A stretch of 64,000 nucleotides of DNA, taken from NCBI GenBank assembly GCA_905214325.1, contig CAJMLT010000003.1, positions 382-64,381 on the forward strand, in the 5' to 3' direction. How positions within the stretch are numbered: the stretch's first letter is position 1; every line of letters starts with the position of its first letter. Below are positions 1-9,666 of the stretch, in pieces. Made by a program: the position numbers and the translations under genes. Source of the stretch: an uncultured bacterium (GTDB taxonomy: Bacteria; Actinomycetota; Coriobacteriia; Coriobacteriales; Eggerthellaceae). The notes under the pieces were generated by a model. The model saw only the letters and a list, made by a program, of their open reading frames with translations, was not told where the DNA came from and ran no database searches.

Positions 1-890
1 TCATCATCTCGGATGACGCCGATAGGGTTCTCGATGAATGCGATCCCCACATCGCCATTCTCACTCTCTTCAGCTTCATGGACGACATGGAAGAACATCT
101 GCTGAAGTGCGTGGAGCGCGGCATCAACGTCGTGACCACCTGCGAGGAGGCCATCTATCCTTGGACCACCTCCGCGCAGATCACCAACCGCATCGATGCG
201 ATAGCCAAGGAAACGGGATGCACGGTCACCGGTGCCGGCATGCAGGACATCTACTGGATCAACATGATCGGCTGCATCGCCGGAGGCGTTCACACCATCG
301 ATCGCATCGAAGGAGCCACCAGCTATAACGTGGAAGATTACGGCCTCGCCCTTGCCGAAGCGCACGGATGCGGGCTTTCACCCGAAGAATTCGAGGCGAA
401 AATAGCCCATCCGGAAACACTCGAGCCTTCCTATGTATGGAACTCGAACGAATCGTTGTGCAACCTGTTCGGGTGGTCCATCAAAACCCAGTCCCAAAAA
501 TGTGTTCCCTATATCGTCGATCACGATGTTTGGTCGGAAACGCTGGGGAAAACCATCCCCGCGGGCAACTGCATCGGAATGAGCGCGGTCGTCACCACCG
601 AAACCTATCAGGGCCCCGTGATAGAAACTCAGTGCATCGGTAAGGTCTACGGACCCGATGATGGCGATATGTGCGATTGGAAGATCATCGGGGAGCCCAA
701 TGTCTCCTTCGGTGTCATCAAGCCCGCTACCGTCGAACACACCTGTGCAGACATCGTCAACCGTATTCCCAGCGTTCTCATGGCTCCGGCGGGATTCGTT
801 ACCGTCGACAAGCTGGAGGCCGCGGAATACCTTTCCTATCCCCTACACCTCTACACGGTGGAAAACAAAGGATGCGGCTGTCATCACTGA
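1..890 (+). CDS. DapB-like NAD(P)-dependent amine dehydrogenase family oxidoreductase (2,4-diaminopentanoate dehydrogenase-like); 5' end lies outside the window
   Basis: Frame 3 is open from position 3 ([25 protein letters not shown]...) into listed ORF 78..890. The sequence [15 protein letters not shown]...[10 protein letters not shown] looks like the DapB-like amine dehydrogenase family from memory. One of only three plus-strand genes. Confidence 0.55.
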   Translation, partial: IISDDADRVLDECDPHIAILTLFSFMDDMEEHLLKCVERGINVVTTCEEAIYPWTTSAQITNRIDAIAKETGCTVTGAGMQDIYWINMIGCIAGGVHTIDRIEGATSYNVEDYGLALAEAHGCGLSPEEFEAKIAHPETLEPSYVWNSNESLCNLFGWSIKTQSQKCVPYIVDHDVWSETLGKTIPAGNCIGMSAVVTTETYQGPVIETQCIGKVYGPDDGDMCDWKIIGEPNVSFGVIKPATVEHTCADIVNRIPSVLMAPAGFVTVDKLEAAEYLSYPLHLYTVENKGCGCHH

Positions 891-921
891 GGCCCATGAC
901 TCCGTACGACAAGCCCTGACG

Positions 922-948
922 ACGAGAGCCCGATTTCCGGGCTCTCGT
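922..948. terminator. GC-rich hairpin between convergent genes (bidirectional terminator candidate, no U-tract)
   Basis: Perfect 11-bp stem ACGAGAGCCCG / CGGGCTCTCGT with loop ATTTC. It lies between the stop of the plus-strand gene (890) and the uvrB stop (982). Confidence 0.4.
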
Positions 949-981
949 TCATGATAGGCGATGAATCCGCATCCGAAGAAA

Positions 982-3105
982 CTAGCGCTTCCGACGACCG
1001 TATTGGGAACCCTTGCGCGCCGTCTTTCTCAGGTCGCCCAAGATATCCTCTTCGCTCTTTCCCTCGAGTTGGCCACGCAATCTGACCACTTCGTCACGCA
1101 GCGATGCCGCCTGCTCGAAATCCATAGCCCCCGAAGCGCTGATCATCTCTTCTTCAAGCGACGCGATCAACCGCAACACCTCACCACGGGAAAGACCCGC
1201 AAGCTCCTTGTTGATGTCTTCGGCCGAGCGCTTGGCCTCGTCGGTGTCCATATAGTCGATCAGGTCACTGATGGCCTTACGGATGGTTTGCGGTTCGATG
1301 CCATGCTCTTCGTTATAGGCAATCTGCAGAGCACGGCGACGTTGCGTCTCCCTTATGGCACGCTCCATGGAGTCGGTGATCTTGTCGGCATACATGATCA
1401 CCTGACCGCTCACATTACGAGCGGCACGCCCGATCGTCTGGATCAACGAACGGTGATTGCGCAAAAACCCTTCCTTATCGGCATCCAGGATGGCGACCAG
1501 AGACACCTCCGGCAGGTCAAGCCCTTCGCGCAACAGGTTGATCCCCACCAGTACATCGAATTCACCCTTGCGCAGATCACGCAGGATTTCGACGCGTTCG
1601 AGAGTCGCGATGTCCGAATGCATATAACGCGCCCTCACGCCCTGATCGAGAAGGTGTTCGGTCAGGTCCTCGGCCATCTTCTTCGTGAGCGTGGTGATCA
1701 GCACGCGCTCACCGCGGCGCGCCCGCTCCTTCGACGCATCGATGATGTCATCGATCTGGGAGAGCGTGGGCTTGACCTCTATTTCAGGGTCGAGAAGTCC
1801 GGTGGGACGGATGATCTGCTCCACCTTGTCCTCGCTCACCCGTTCCTCATAATCCCCCGGCGTCGCCGACACGTAGACGAACTGCGGAACACGTTCCTCG
1901 AATTCATCGAAACGAAGCGGACGGTTATCCAAACACGATGGCAGGCGGAAGCCGTGTTCGGCAAGCGTGATCTTTCGGGAACGGTCCCCTTCGTGCATAC
2001 CGCGTATCTGAGGAACCGTCACGTGACTCTCATCGATGAAGCAGAGAAAATCCTTGGGGAAATAATCGATCAGCGTATAGGGAGGCTCACCGGGTGAGCG
2101 CGCGTCGAGATGACGCGAATAGTTTTCGATACCGGAGCAAAACCCCATCGTCTCGATCATCTCGAGATCATAGGAGGTACGCATTTCAAGCCGCTGTGCC
2201 TCGAGCAGCTTGCCCTGTTCCTTGAATTCGCTCAGACGTGATTGCAGTTCATCACGGATCGTGTCAATGGCGTGCTCCAGCGCAGGTCTCGCCGCCACGT
2301 AATGCGATGCGGGCCACAAAGGAAGAGCTTCGTATTCCGTGATCACCTCACCCGTCACCTTGTCCACTTCGGCGATCTGCTCTATTTCATCCCCGAAGAA
2401 TTCAACCCGCAGCGGATTATCGGAATAGGGCGGGAAGATATCGAGAGCATCCCCCCTCACGCGGAAGGTACCACGCTTGAGTTCGTAGTCGTTGCGGTCG
2501 TATTGGATGTCGATCAGCGACGTGATCAGCTTGTCGCGGTCCTGTTCGACTTCCTTGTCGAGGAAAATAGCCATACCCGCATACTGGGCGGGAGAGCCGA
2601 TACCGTAGATGCAGGAAACCGAAGCCACCACGATGACATCGCGACGCGACAGCAGGGCCGCCGTCGCCGCATGACGCAGTTTCTCCACCTCTTCGTTGAT
2701 GGAGGCATCCTTTTCGATGAAGGTGTCGGTGGTGGGCACGTAGGCTTCTGGCTGATAATAGTCGTAATAGCTTACGAAGTAAACCACGGCGTTATGGGGA
2801 AAGAAGTCCTTGAGCTCGGCGGCAAGCTGGGCGGCCAAGGTTTTATTGGGCGCTAAGACAAGCGTGGGTTTCTGAAGCTTCTCGATGGTTTTCGCCATCG
2901 TGTAGGTTTTACCCGATCCCGTCACACCCAAAAGGGTTTGATAGCGCATGTCCGCCTCCACGTTGGCGACAAGACGCTCTATCGCTTTGGGCTGGTCTCC
3001 GGCGGGTTCGTAGGGGGAAACGACTTCGAGGGCATGGGTGGACAGACGCGCATCGGCGATTTTGCCTTCCATGGCTTTCCCCTCGAGACTGGAAAGGTGA
3101 CTCAT
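982..3105 (-). CDS. uvrB: excinuclease ABC subunit B
   Basis: 707-aa ORF with Walker A GVTGSGKT, helicase motifs and a C-terminal UVR-type helix ([19 protein letters not shown]). Unmistakable UvrB layout. Confidence 0.97.
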   Translation of the reverse strand: MSHLSSLEGKAMEGKIADARLSTHALEVVSPYEPAGDQPKAIERLVANVEADMRYQTLLGVTGSGKTYTMAKTIEKLQKPTLVLAPNKTLAAQLAAELKDFFPHNAVVYFVSYYDYYQPEAYVPTTDTFIEKDASINEEVEKLRHAATAALLSRRDVIVVASVSCIYGIGSPAQYAGMAIFLDKEVEQDRDKLITSLIDIQYDRNDYELKRGTFRVRGDALDIFPPYSDNPLRVEFFGDEIEQIAEVDKVTGEVITEYEALPLWPASHYVAARPALEHAIDTIRDELQSRLSEFKEQGKLLEAQRLEMRTSYDLEMIETMGFCSGIENYSRHLDARSPGEPPYTLIDYFPKDFLCFIDESHVTVPQIRGMHEGDRSRKITLAEHGFRLPSCLDNRPLRFDEFEERVPQFVYVSATPGDYEERVSEDKVEQIIRPTGLLDPEIEVKPTLSQIDDIIDASKERARRGERVLITTLTKKMAEDLTEHLLDQGVRARYMHSDIATLERVEILRDLRKGEFDVLVGINLLREGLDLPEVSLVAILDADKEGFLRNHRSLIQTIGRAARNVSGQVIMYADKITDSMERAIRETQRRRALQIAYNEEHGIEPQTIRKAISDLIDYMDTDEAKRSAEDINKELAGLSRGEVLRLIASLEEEMISASGAMDFEQAASLRDEVVRLRGQLEGKSEEDILGDLRKTARKGSQYGRRKR

Positions 3106-3114
3106 ATAACCATC

Positions 3115-3720
3115 CTATCGGATATGATAGGTTTCCTTGAACCGATCCCACCATACCTTGATCTGATCCGTGAAATCCTGCAGCGTCGTGTTGTTGGTGA
3201 ACACCACGTCGGCTATGCTGAGACGCTGCTCTTCCGGCACCTGACTGGCCAAGCGGTTGCGGGCATCCTCTTCGGTGAAGCCCCTCGACGCCATGAGACG
3301 CGCCACCCGCACTTCGGGAGACGTGGTGACCGCGATGACGATGTCGGCGTTTTCGTGGAAATCATCACGTCCGTCGAGAATGGCCATCTCCAAAACAACG
3401 ACCTGATGGGTTTTGCCCAATTCGTCGATAGCGGCCAAACAGCGTTCGTAAAGGCGATGTTGGGTGATGGCATCCAAACGGGCCGTCATCTCGTCGGAAA
3501 CGAACGCCCGTGCAGCCAACGCCGGGCGCATGACCTGCCCCTGTTCATCGAAGATGTCGGGGCCGAACGCAACACGGAGTTCGTCCTTCACTTCGGGGTC
3601 GAACAACAGTTCATGGCCCACAAGATCAGCCTGAACCGTTGCGGCACCTGCTTGCTCCAAGAATTTGATGAGGGTGGATTTGCCGGAACCGACACCACCG
3701 GTAACGAATATCTTAATCAT
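3115..3720 (-). CDS. coaE: dephospho-CoA kinase
   Basis: 201-aa ORF with an N-terminal P-loop GGVGSGKST. CoaE length. It sits immediately upstream of uvrB, as in other Actinomycetota. Confidence 0.9.
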   Translation of the reverse strand: MIKIFVTGGVGSGKSTLIKFLEQAGAATVQADLVGHELLFDPEVKDELRVAFGPDIFDEQGQVMRPALAARAFVSDEMTARLDAITQHRLYERCLAAIDELGKTHQVVVLEMAILDGRDDFHENADIVIAVTTSPEVRVARLMASRGFTEEDARNRLASQVPEEQRLSIADVVFTNNTTLQDFTDQIKVWWDRFKETYHIR

Positions 3721-3856
3721 GCTTTCATAGTAACAAAACTCACCACTTTGGGAAGGAGGGACTTTTCCCCTTCGAACCTCCCGCCCGGCTTTCGATGACG
3801 GTCATGCGTTTGCGACAAAGGCGTATGCAAGGTCCAGAGGCATCATGTCCGCCCCT

Positions 3857-3919
3857 CCCCTCCACCACCAAAAGCGATGGAGGGGATCGGTTGAGCTTTG
3901 CGCGGGGGACAAGCCCCCG
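3857..3919 (-). terminator. two GC-rich hairpins just downstream of the surface-protein gene (U-tract-less terminator candidates)
   Basis: Stem CCCCTCCA/TGGAGGGG (3857..3885, 13-nt loop) and stem GCGGGGG/CCCCCGC (3901..3919, loop ACAAG). The gene's stop is at 3931. Confidence 0.4.
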
Positions 3920-3930
3920 CAGATGCGAAA

Positions 3931-6783
3931 TCAGAACGAGAAGCAGGGGATAACGGCTAGAGCACGGTAGGCAATCCGATAGTAGGTCAAACCTTCGCCC
4001 TTACGCACGTTCATGAAGGTCGTGGTGCCACCCGGCTCAGTCGAACGCTCCCACCATTCGCCCGCAGAGAAAATTCCCGAGGGCCCACCACCGGCACGGG
4101 TTCTGCCTAAAGCAGTATCATCACTCGCACTTTTACCGATCCAGTAGGCGTACTGGGAGCCCTCAGATTGAGTCTTGTACTCTAGAGTCGTCTGTCCCGT
4201 CAACTCACTATAGGACATGATCCAGAGCTTGTCGGAGGTTGTGGTGGTGGAGGTGGAAGCGCCACCGATAGCACTTACCTTGGTCACCGATTTCAACTGA
4301 GAGGTGAAGTTGGTGTCGAAGAGGTTGTAGATGGTACCACTGTTCATGCTGGTGCGCAGGGACATCTGGGCCCAACCACCGGAATTGGAGTCGCTTGTGT
4401 TCATCTGGTAAGCCATAGGTAGTGAGTGAACGGCTTGGAAGGTGAGACCGGAGCCATCAGAGTCATGTGGTCCTACTTGTACGATACGGGCTTCGAGATA
4501 GGTTCCGTCAGTAAGCATGGTATAGAGATGGTAGGTGTCGTTGGTCATGTAGGTTCTGTAGGTGGAGTAGTAGGTTGAGCTGGTTCCCTTGGAAGCGATG
4601 TCGGTGGCGGCTGCTTTGATCTGGGAGTTGGTTTGGACGATACCTTGCGTGGGATTGCTTGCTCCCGCAGGGGCTAACCAGAAGCCTTTCACCTCTTCCC
4701 ATTGTGCGGTGTAGGTAGCGTCATCAGCAGGAACGGTGGTGCCGGGAGTGATGGTGGTGCCCGATGTATCTTTCCAACCGGTGAATACCCAGTCGTCACT
4801 ACGGGTGGGCTCTCCCACACCAAGGGCTTTGTCTCCCGGGGTTACCTGTTCGGTCTTAGTGACGGAGCCATCACTGAATGTTCCTGCTCCTGCATCCCAG
4901 GTGATGGTGTAGGCTTCTTTCCATTGGGCGGTATAGACGGCATTACCGGTAGGGTTGGAGCCTATGGGGTTTTCAGCTCCGGTGCCTTCGGTGAGTTTCC
5001 AACCATCGAAGCCCCATCCTGATTTCTTAGGGTTACCGGGGTTGGAGATGGTGTCGGTCATTCCAAGTTTTTGGGACTTGGTAGTAGACCCATCGGTAAA
5101 GACACCACCATCGGTGTTGAAGGTGATGGTGTAGGTATAGGTACCATCGGTTGAGGTTTCCTTGGCTATGTCGATGCCACCGTAGAGGGCGGTTAACGTT
5201 ACATCGGCATCGGGAATGGTAAAGGGTTCTCCCGCCTTGATGAAAGCAACATGGTCTGTTTTGTCTTCATTGGTCCATATTGCCTTCCAACAAGAGAAAG
5301 TATTGCCCTCGTTAACAAGAGTAGAGCCATCGAACGAAGTGATGGTAGTGCCTGCTTTGTAAGTCTTAGCAGAAGGTAAGGTAGCACCTGTGCCTCCTGC
5401 TGCATCATAGGTGAGGGTGTGTTCTGTTCCGTAGTCCACCTGTAGGGTAAAGGAGATGGGCTTAGAGCTGATGGTGTCAGAGGTACCTTGTGCGTTAGCT
5501 TGTTCCGAGTAGAGAGATACTTCGGCTTTGCTGCCCGCCAGTTTGTTGTTCACCAAGTTGGTGACATCGAGCGTGACCGAATCACTACCTGCCTCAGCTA
5601 CTTCACCATAGAGAGTAGACTCGTTTGCTGTGTCCACAAGTGCCGAGAGATAATTTGCATTGGTAGAGGTAACGGGGATGGTGATCTTCGTTGCTCCCCA
5701 AGGGACTTTGACGGTAGAACCACTAACGGTGACAGCACCTTTATCGGTAACGGCATTAGCGAGTGCTGCTGAGATAGTGGTATCGGTGTCTTTAACCACG
5801 GCCTTGTAGGTAGAACCATTACAGGCAGTGGATGTGGGATTGCCGTCGGTGAGAGTGTTCACCGTGGTCAAGCTGGTGCCACTGGTAGACTCTCTTAGGA
5901 ATGCGATCTTAGACGTATCGATATCCATAGAGGGACGTACACCGTAAGAGCCTGCTGTGAGGGTAGAGCCGATGATGGGAGTATCTTTCGCATAAAACTT
6001 AGACAAGCCATAGACGCTTCGTGTTTCTATGTAGCCTTGTACCGTGATGGTAGAAGATGCTCGAGCAAAGCCTATCCATGACGAGGAAGAGGCAGCGAAG
6101 TTACTCGGATCTACCAGTTGGTGTTGCCAGAACTGAAAGCAATACATGCATACCGTACCGGCAGGGATGACATCTCCCGGCTTTGCTTGAACGATACGGT
6201 TGTTCTTAACGTAGGCAAAGATTCTATTACCACCATCGAGGTACATGTTTCTGATGGTGGTTGAGGCATAGGGGCGTCCTCCTGCATCGACTCCTGAGCT
6301 TTTAAGGTTGAAGTTGTTGTAGAAGGTATCTCCATTGTTAATGAACTGAGCAGAGGTTCTATACTCATCGAGGCAAACGGTGGTAGCACGATCCAAGTCC
6401 CAGCTACCTCCGGCACTTGCCGTGTAGTTATTCAAGTTGTAGTTCTGTGACCATGCGTAGGGTCCTTTTGCTACAAGAGTGTCATCATATTGGGAGCCGT
6501 TGAGTTCTCCCGATACTCTTAGATCATTGGATGAGGTGGTGTTGTTGGTGTTGGCATAGGCTTGCCAAGACAGCGAATTGGATGATCCTGAATCGCTTAA
6601 CCAGTAGGCTTTGTCACTGGAGGGAAGTACGCTTCTCCATGAGATGAGATCGGATACGGAAGGGATACTCACGTTGGAGAGTATTCCTTTTACTGCATCA
6701 CTTCCGTATTGGTTGGTGGTGAAGGAGTTTCTCTCCGAAGTGATACCACTCGCATTGACCACACTGCTGGTGGTGTCGGCCAT
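3931..6783 (-). CDS. large secreted surface/adhesin-like protein (main ORF). It carries Listeria-Bacteroides type repeats and a C-terminal WWxRS-motif domain. Its true 5' end is probably ATG 7054, across a G10 tract.
   Basis: 950-aa ORF that is Ser/Thr/Gly/Asn-rich. It has three approx 75-aa repeats with T-Y-T-x-T-F/W-D/N..GG...GW...YTAQW. The C-terminus shows LWIMSYSEL...EWWERS. No LPXTG motif is seen. GC is clearly lower than in the neighbours. Confidence 0.85.
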   Translation of the reverse strand: MADTTSSVVNASGITSERNSFTTNQYGSDAVKGILSNVSIPSVSDLISWRSVLPSSDKAYWLSDSGSSNSLSWQAYANTNNTTSSNDLRVSGELNGSQYDDTLVAKGPYAWSQNYNLNNYTASAGGSWDLDRATTVCLDEYRTSAQFINNGDTFYNNFNLKSSGVDAGGRPYASTTIRNMYLDGGNRIFAYVKNNRIVQAKPGDVIPAGTVCMYCFQFWQHQLVDPSNFAASSSSWIGFARASSTITVQGYIETRSVYGLSKFYAKDTPIIGSTLTAGSYGVRPSMDIDTSKIAFLRESTSGTSLTTVNTLTDGNPTSTACNGSTYKAVVKDTDTTISAALANAVTDKGAVTVSGSTVKVPWGATKITIPVTSTNANYLSALVDTANESTLYGEVAEAGSDSVTLDVTNLVNNKLAGSKAEVSLYSEQANAQGTSDTISSKPISFTLQVDYGTEHTLTYDAAGGTGATLPSAKTYKAGTTITSFDGSTLVNEGNTFSCWKAIWTNEDKTDHVAFIKAGEPFTIPDADVTLTALYGGIDIAKETSTDGTYTYTITFNTDGGVFTDGSTTKSQKLGMTDTISNPGNPKKSGWGFDGWKLTEGTGAENPIGSNPTGNAVYTAQWKEAYTITWDAGAGTFSDGSVTKTEQVTPGDKALGVGEPTRSDDWVFTGWKDTSGTTITPGTTVPADDATYTAQWEEVKGFWLAPAGASNPTQGIVQTNSQIKAAATDIASKGTSSTYYSTYRTYMTNDTYHLYTMLTDGTYLEARIVQVGPHDSDGSGLTFQAVHSLPMAYQMNTSDSNSGGWAQMSLRTSMNSGTIYNLFDTNFTSQLKSVTKVSAIGGASTSTTTTSDKLWIMSYSELTGQTTLEYKTQSEGSQYAYWIGKSASDDTALGRTRAGGGPSGIFSAGEWWERSTEPGGTTTFMNVRKGEGLTYYRIAYRALAVIPCFSF
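4696..5421 (-). repeat. three tandem Listeria-Bacteroides (Flg_new-type) repeat modules inside the surface-protein gene
   Basis: Module 1: HTLTYDAAGGTGATLPS...SCWKAIW...VTLTALYG. Module 2: YTYTITFNTDGGVFTDGS...GWGFDGWKL...AVYTAQWKE. Module 3: AYTITWDAGAGTFSDGS...WVFTGWKD...ATYTAQWEE. Confidence 0.65.
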
Positions 6784-6967
6784 GAGTGTGCCACTGTCGT
6801 TTACGGCTGTGGCTGTTTTGTTGTTGAGGGAGAGTTTTGCACCCTGATAGATTGATACATCGTTGAAAGAAGGTGCATCGGCGGCATAGGCTGCTTGGGT
6901 GGAGGGAGATGATACGAGGGGAATAAGGGTTACTACCAGTATGAGTGCCAGTACTATACGGAAGGCT

Positions 6968-7054
6968 TTAGAAAGATGCCCCCCCCCCGAAGATGGTATT
7001 CAGCAGGGGTGAGTCTGCCCTACCATCCATCACACTGGTGCGGTAATCGTTCAT
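6968..7054 (-). other. out-of-frame 5' fragment of the surface-protein gene (start codon plus N-region), ending 3 codons after the G10 tract
   Basis: ATG 7054 is preceded by GAAGGAAAAGG ending 4 nt upstream. It reads MNDYRTSVMDGRADSPLLNTIFGGGASF and stops at TAA 6970..6968. With one G fewer it would read on into HLSKAFRIVLALILVVTLIPLVSSPSTQAAYAADAP and the main ORF. Confidence 0.65.
6979..6988 (-). repeat. homopolymer tract C10 on the plus strand, G10 on the coding strand
   Basis: Counted directly: positions 6979..6988 are all C. Cross-checked by the plus-strand ORF 6976.. reading ATG CCC CCC CCC CGA. Confidence 0.95.
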
Positions 7055-7281
7055 GGTGCCTTTTCCTTCGCTCTCGGTTCCAACGAACTCGCACGCCTCC
7101 AAGTAAGACCTGCGAATCCTCGATCAGCAAGACACCCTACACCACTCTGTGCATCAAAAGCGCATCAGGGATTGGAGAACGATCGGTAATCATGAATGTC
7201 CTGTTTCACGGGTATCCCTATCAAAGGATCCGCCCCGGCACCATAAGGGAAAACAAAGGAATTCAGTGGAGCCGGCAACCG

Positions 7282-8400
7282 TTAGAGCGTCTGCGCGAAC
7301 CGCACTGAGGAGATAACCCCTCCCCCACAGAGCAAGTCGCCCTGATAGAAAACGGCATATTGTCCCGGTGCCGTCAGAGACTGGTTATTCAAGAAGGTAA
7401 CCCTCACCCGCTTTTGCCCCAACGGAGTAACGGTACAGGGAACCGCCTTGGAGCGATAACGGATTTTAACGCTGCATTCAAAGGGTTTTTCACAAGAGTC
7501 GAAGGCCATCCAATTCAACTGATCCACCTCGACGGAATCAATGAGGGATTCCTCTTCGAACCCCACCACCAACGTATTGTCGTCCGTGCGCTTTTCCACG
7601 ACGAAACAGGGCCGACCGAGAGCGACCCCCAAACCCTTGCGCTGACCTAAGGTGTAGTGGTGAAGGCCCTTGTGCTCCCCAACCACCTTGCCGGAGTGCA
7701 GAACAATGGGACCGGGATCGTCGGGGATACCCTGGGCGAGCAGGAAATCACGATAATCGCCGGGAACGAAGCAGAGATCCTGACTTTCGGGGCGGGTCGC
7801 AACGGGAATACCCAAGGAAGCGGCGTGCGAACGCACCTCCTGTTTGGTGTAGCCTCCCAACGGCAGCACAAGACGGGAGAGCTGATCCTGATCGAGCAGG
7901 GAAAGCATGTAGCTCTGATCTTTGTTGTGATCGAGTGCCACCTTGAGCGTAAAACGACCTTGATCGACCAGTTCGACCACCCGAGCGTAATGACCTGTGG
8001 CAACTTTTTCGCATCCCAGATCGTCGGCCGCCTTGAGAAGGACGGGTATTTTGCAGTTGCGGTTACAGAACACGCAGGGACTCGGCGTCATACCTTGTGC
8101 GCATAAACGACAGAAGGGGTTGATTACCTGCGCTTCGAAAAGAGCACGGGCATCGTAGACGAAATGGTCGATCCCCAGATGGCGACAGACCATTTCGGCG
8201 TTTTTCACGGCATCCGCACTTGCTTCGTCATCGACGAAACGGCAGGTCACACCAATGACGCGATACCCTTGGGCAATAAGAAGAGCGGCGGAGGTCGCAC
8301 TATCGACCCCGCCGCTCAAACCTAATACTATGCTCGATTGCTTATTCGGCAACGATTTCTTCTTGCGCCTCTTCTTCGGGCTTGGGCTCAGGCTCTTCAA
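7282..8400 (-). CDS. mnmA: tRNA 2-thiouridine(34) synthase MnmA
   Basis: PP-loop LGLSGGVDS, conserved Cys region PSPCVFCN, MnmA-like length. The listed start 8400 overlaps rpsA by 59 nt. An in-frame TTG at 8352 is a more likely start. Confidence 0.88.
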   Translation of the reverse strand: MKSLSPSPKKRRKKKSLPNKQSSIVLGLSGGVDSATSAALLIAQGYRVIGVTCRFVDDEASADAVKNAEMVCRHLGIDHFVYDARALFEAQVINPFCRLCAQGMTPSPCVFCNRNCKIPVLLKAADDLGCEKVATGHYARVVELVDQGRFTLKVALDHNKDQSYMLSLLDQDQLSRLVLPLGGYTKQEVRSHAASLGIPVATRPESQDLCFVPGDYRDFLLAQGIPDDPGPIVLHSGKVVGEHKGLHHYTLGQRKGLGVALGRPCFVVEKRTDDNTLVVGFEEESLIDSVEVDQLNWMAFDSCEKPFECSVKIRYRSKAVPCTVTPLGQKRVRVTFLNNQSLTAPGQYAVFYQGDLLCGGGVISSVRFAQTL

Positions 8401-9517
8401 CGGTGATCTCGATACCGAGTTCTTCCGCAGCGGCCTTCATGGACAAGGAGATACGACGACGCTCTACGTTGACGTCCATAACCTTGATCTTCACCTGATC
8501 GTCGACATGGACGACCTGTGCAGGCGAATCGATGTGTTTGAGCGCCATCTCGGAGATGTGAACGAGACCTTCGACGTTGTCGCCCAGTTCGATGAAAGCA
8601 CCGAAGGGAACGATCTTGGTGACCTTACCGTCGACGATGGTGCCGACCGGATAGGTTTCGACGAGCTTGGTCCAGGGATCTTCGGTGGTCTGCTTGAGAC
8701 CCAAAGAGATACGCTCACGCTGCAGATCGACGTCGAGAACCTCGACCTCGACCTCTTCGCCGACCTTGACAACCTCGGAAGGATGGTTGACGTGGCTCCA
8801 GGAGAGTTCGGAGATGTGGATGAGACCGTCGATACCACCGAGGTCGACGAAAGCGCCGAAGTCGACGATGGAGGAAACGGTACCCTTGAGGCGCATACCC
8901 TTGGAAAGCTTCTCCAGAATTTCGGCGCGCTCGTTCTTGCGGCCTTCCTCGAGAAGGACACGACGGGAGAGAACGACGTTGTTGCGGTTGCGATCCATCT
9001 CGATGACGCGAGCTTCGATTTCGGTTCCGAGATATGCGGTGAGATCCTTGACGCGACGAAGATCGACCAAGGAAGCAGGCAGGAAGCCACGCAAACCGAT
9101 ATCGAGGATCAAGCCGCCCTTGACGACTTCGATAACTTCACCGGTGACGATTTCCCCGGCCTTGAACTTATCTTCGACCTGGATCCACGCACGCTCGTAT
9201 TCGGCGCGCTTCTTGGAAAGAATCAGACGACCGTCCTTGTCCTCCTTCTGAAGAACCAGAGCTTCGAGCTTGTCACCTAAATTGACGACCTCGGAAGGAT
9301 CGGCATCTTTACGGATGGAAAGCTCACGTGCGGGAATAACACCTTCGCTTTTGAATCCGATGTCGACGAGCACTTCATCATGCTCGATCTTGACAACCGT
9401 ACCATCGATGAGATCGCCCTCGTCGAAATCGGTCAGGGTGCCATCGATCATCTGGTTCATTTCCTCATCGGAAATGTCCTCGAATTCGATAACGGACGTG
9501 TTTTTAATTTCGGTCAA
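8342..9517 (-). CDS. rpsA: 30S ribosomal protein S1
   Basis: 391 aa with four S1/OB repeats: GDLIDGTVVKIEHDEVLVDIG, GEIVTGEVIEVVKGGLILDIG, GMRLKGTVSSIVDFGAFVDLG, GTIVDGKVTKIVPFGAFIELG. Confidence 0.96.
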   Translation of the reverse strand: MTEIKNTSVIEFEDISDEEMNQMIDGTLTDFDEGDLIDGTVVKIEHDEVLVDIGFKSEGVIPARELSIRKDADPSEVVNLGDKLEALVLQKEDKDGRLILSKKRAEYERAWIQVEDKFKAGEIVTGEVIEVVKGGLILDIGLRGFLPASLVDLRRVKDLTAYLGTEIEARVIEMDRNRNNVVLSRRVLLEEGRKNERAEILEKLSKGMRLKGTVSSIVDFGAFVDLGGIDGLIHISELSWSHVNHPSEVVKVGEEVEVEVLDVDLQRERISLGLKQTTEDPWTKLVETYPVGTIVDGKVTKIVPFGAFIELGDNVEGLVHISEMALKHIDSPAQVVHVDDQVKIKVMDVNVERRRISLSMKAAAEELGIEITVEEPEPKPEEEAQEEIVAE

Positions 9518-9666
9518 AACGGACCCCTTTCAAACTTTTCGGGGACCCTTCGTCATGATTGCAGCTACATCTACCATGTATGTCGTACTCGAAAACATCG
9601 CGCACTAACAACAAAACATGTCTCGGGGGCCTACACTAACATATCTGTCGCTAGACAGACCGTTTG

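Noticed and set aside
3857-3919. The two GC hairpins downstream of the low-GC surface gene as possible mobile-element ends or att sites
   Set aside because: I could not find matching direct or inverted copies at the other flank (7055..7281) by eye, and there is no integrase or transposase. They are better explained as terminator hairpins. A computed repeat search would be needed to be sure.
6976-7308. 110-aa plus-strand ORF starting ATG-CCC-CCC-CCC in the homopolymer tract
   Set aside because: It has no RBS and an Arg/Ser/Pro-rich composition. It lies in the upstream region of the surface-protein gene on the opposite strand. The tract is better explained as part of the minus-strand gene.
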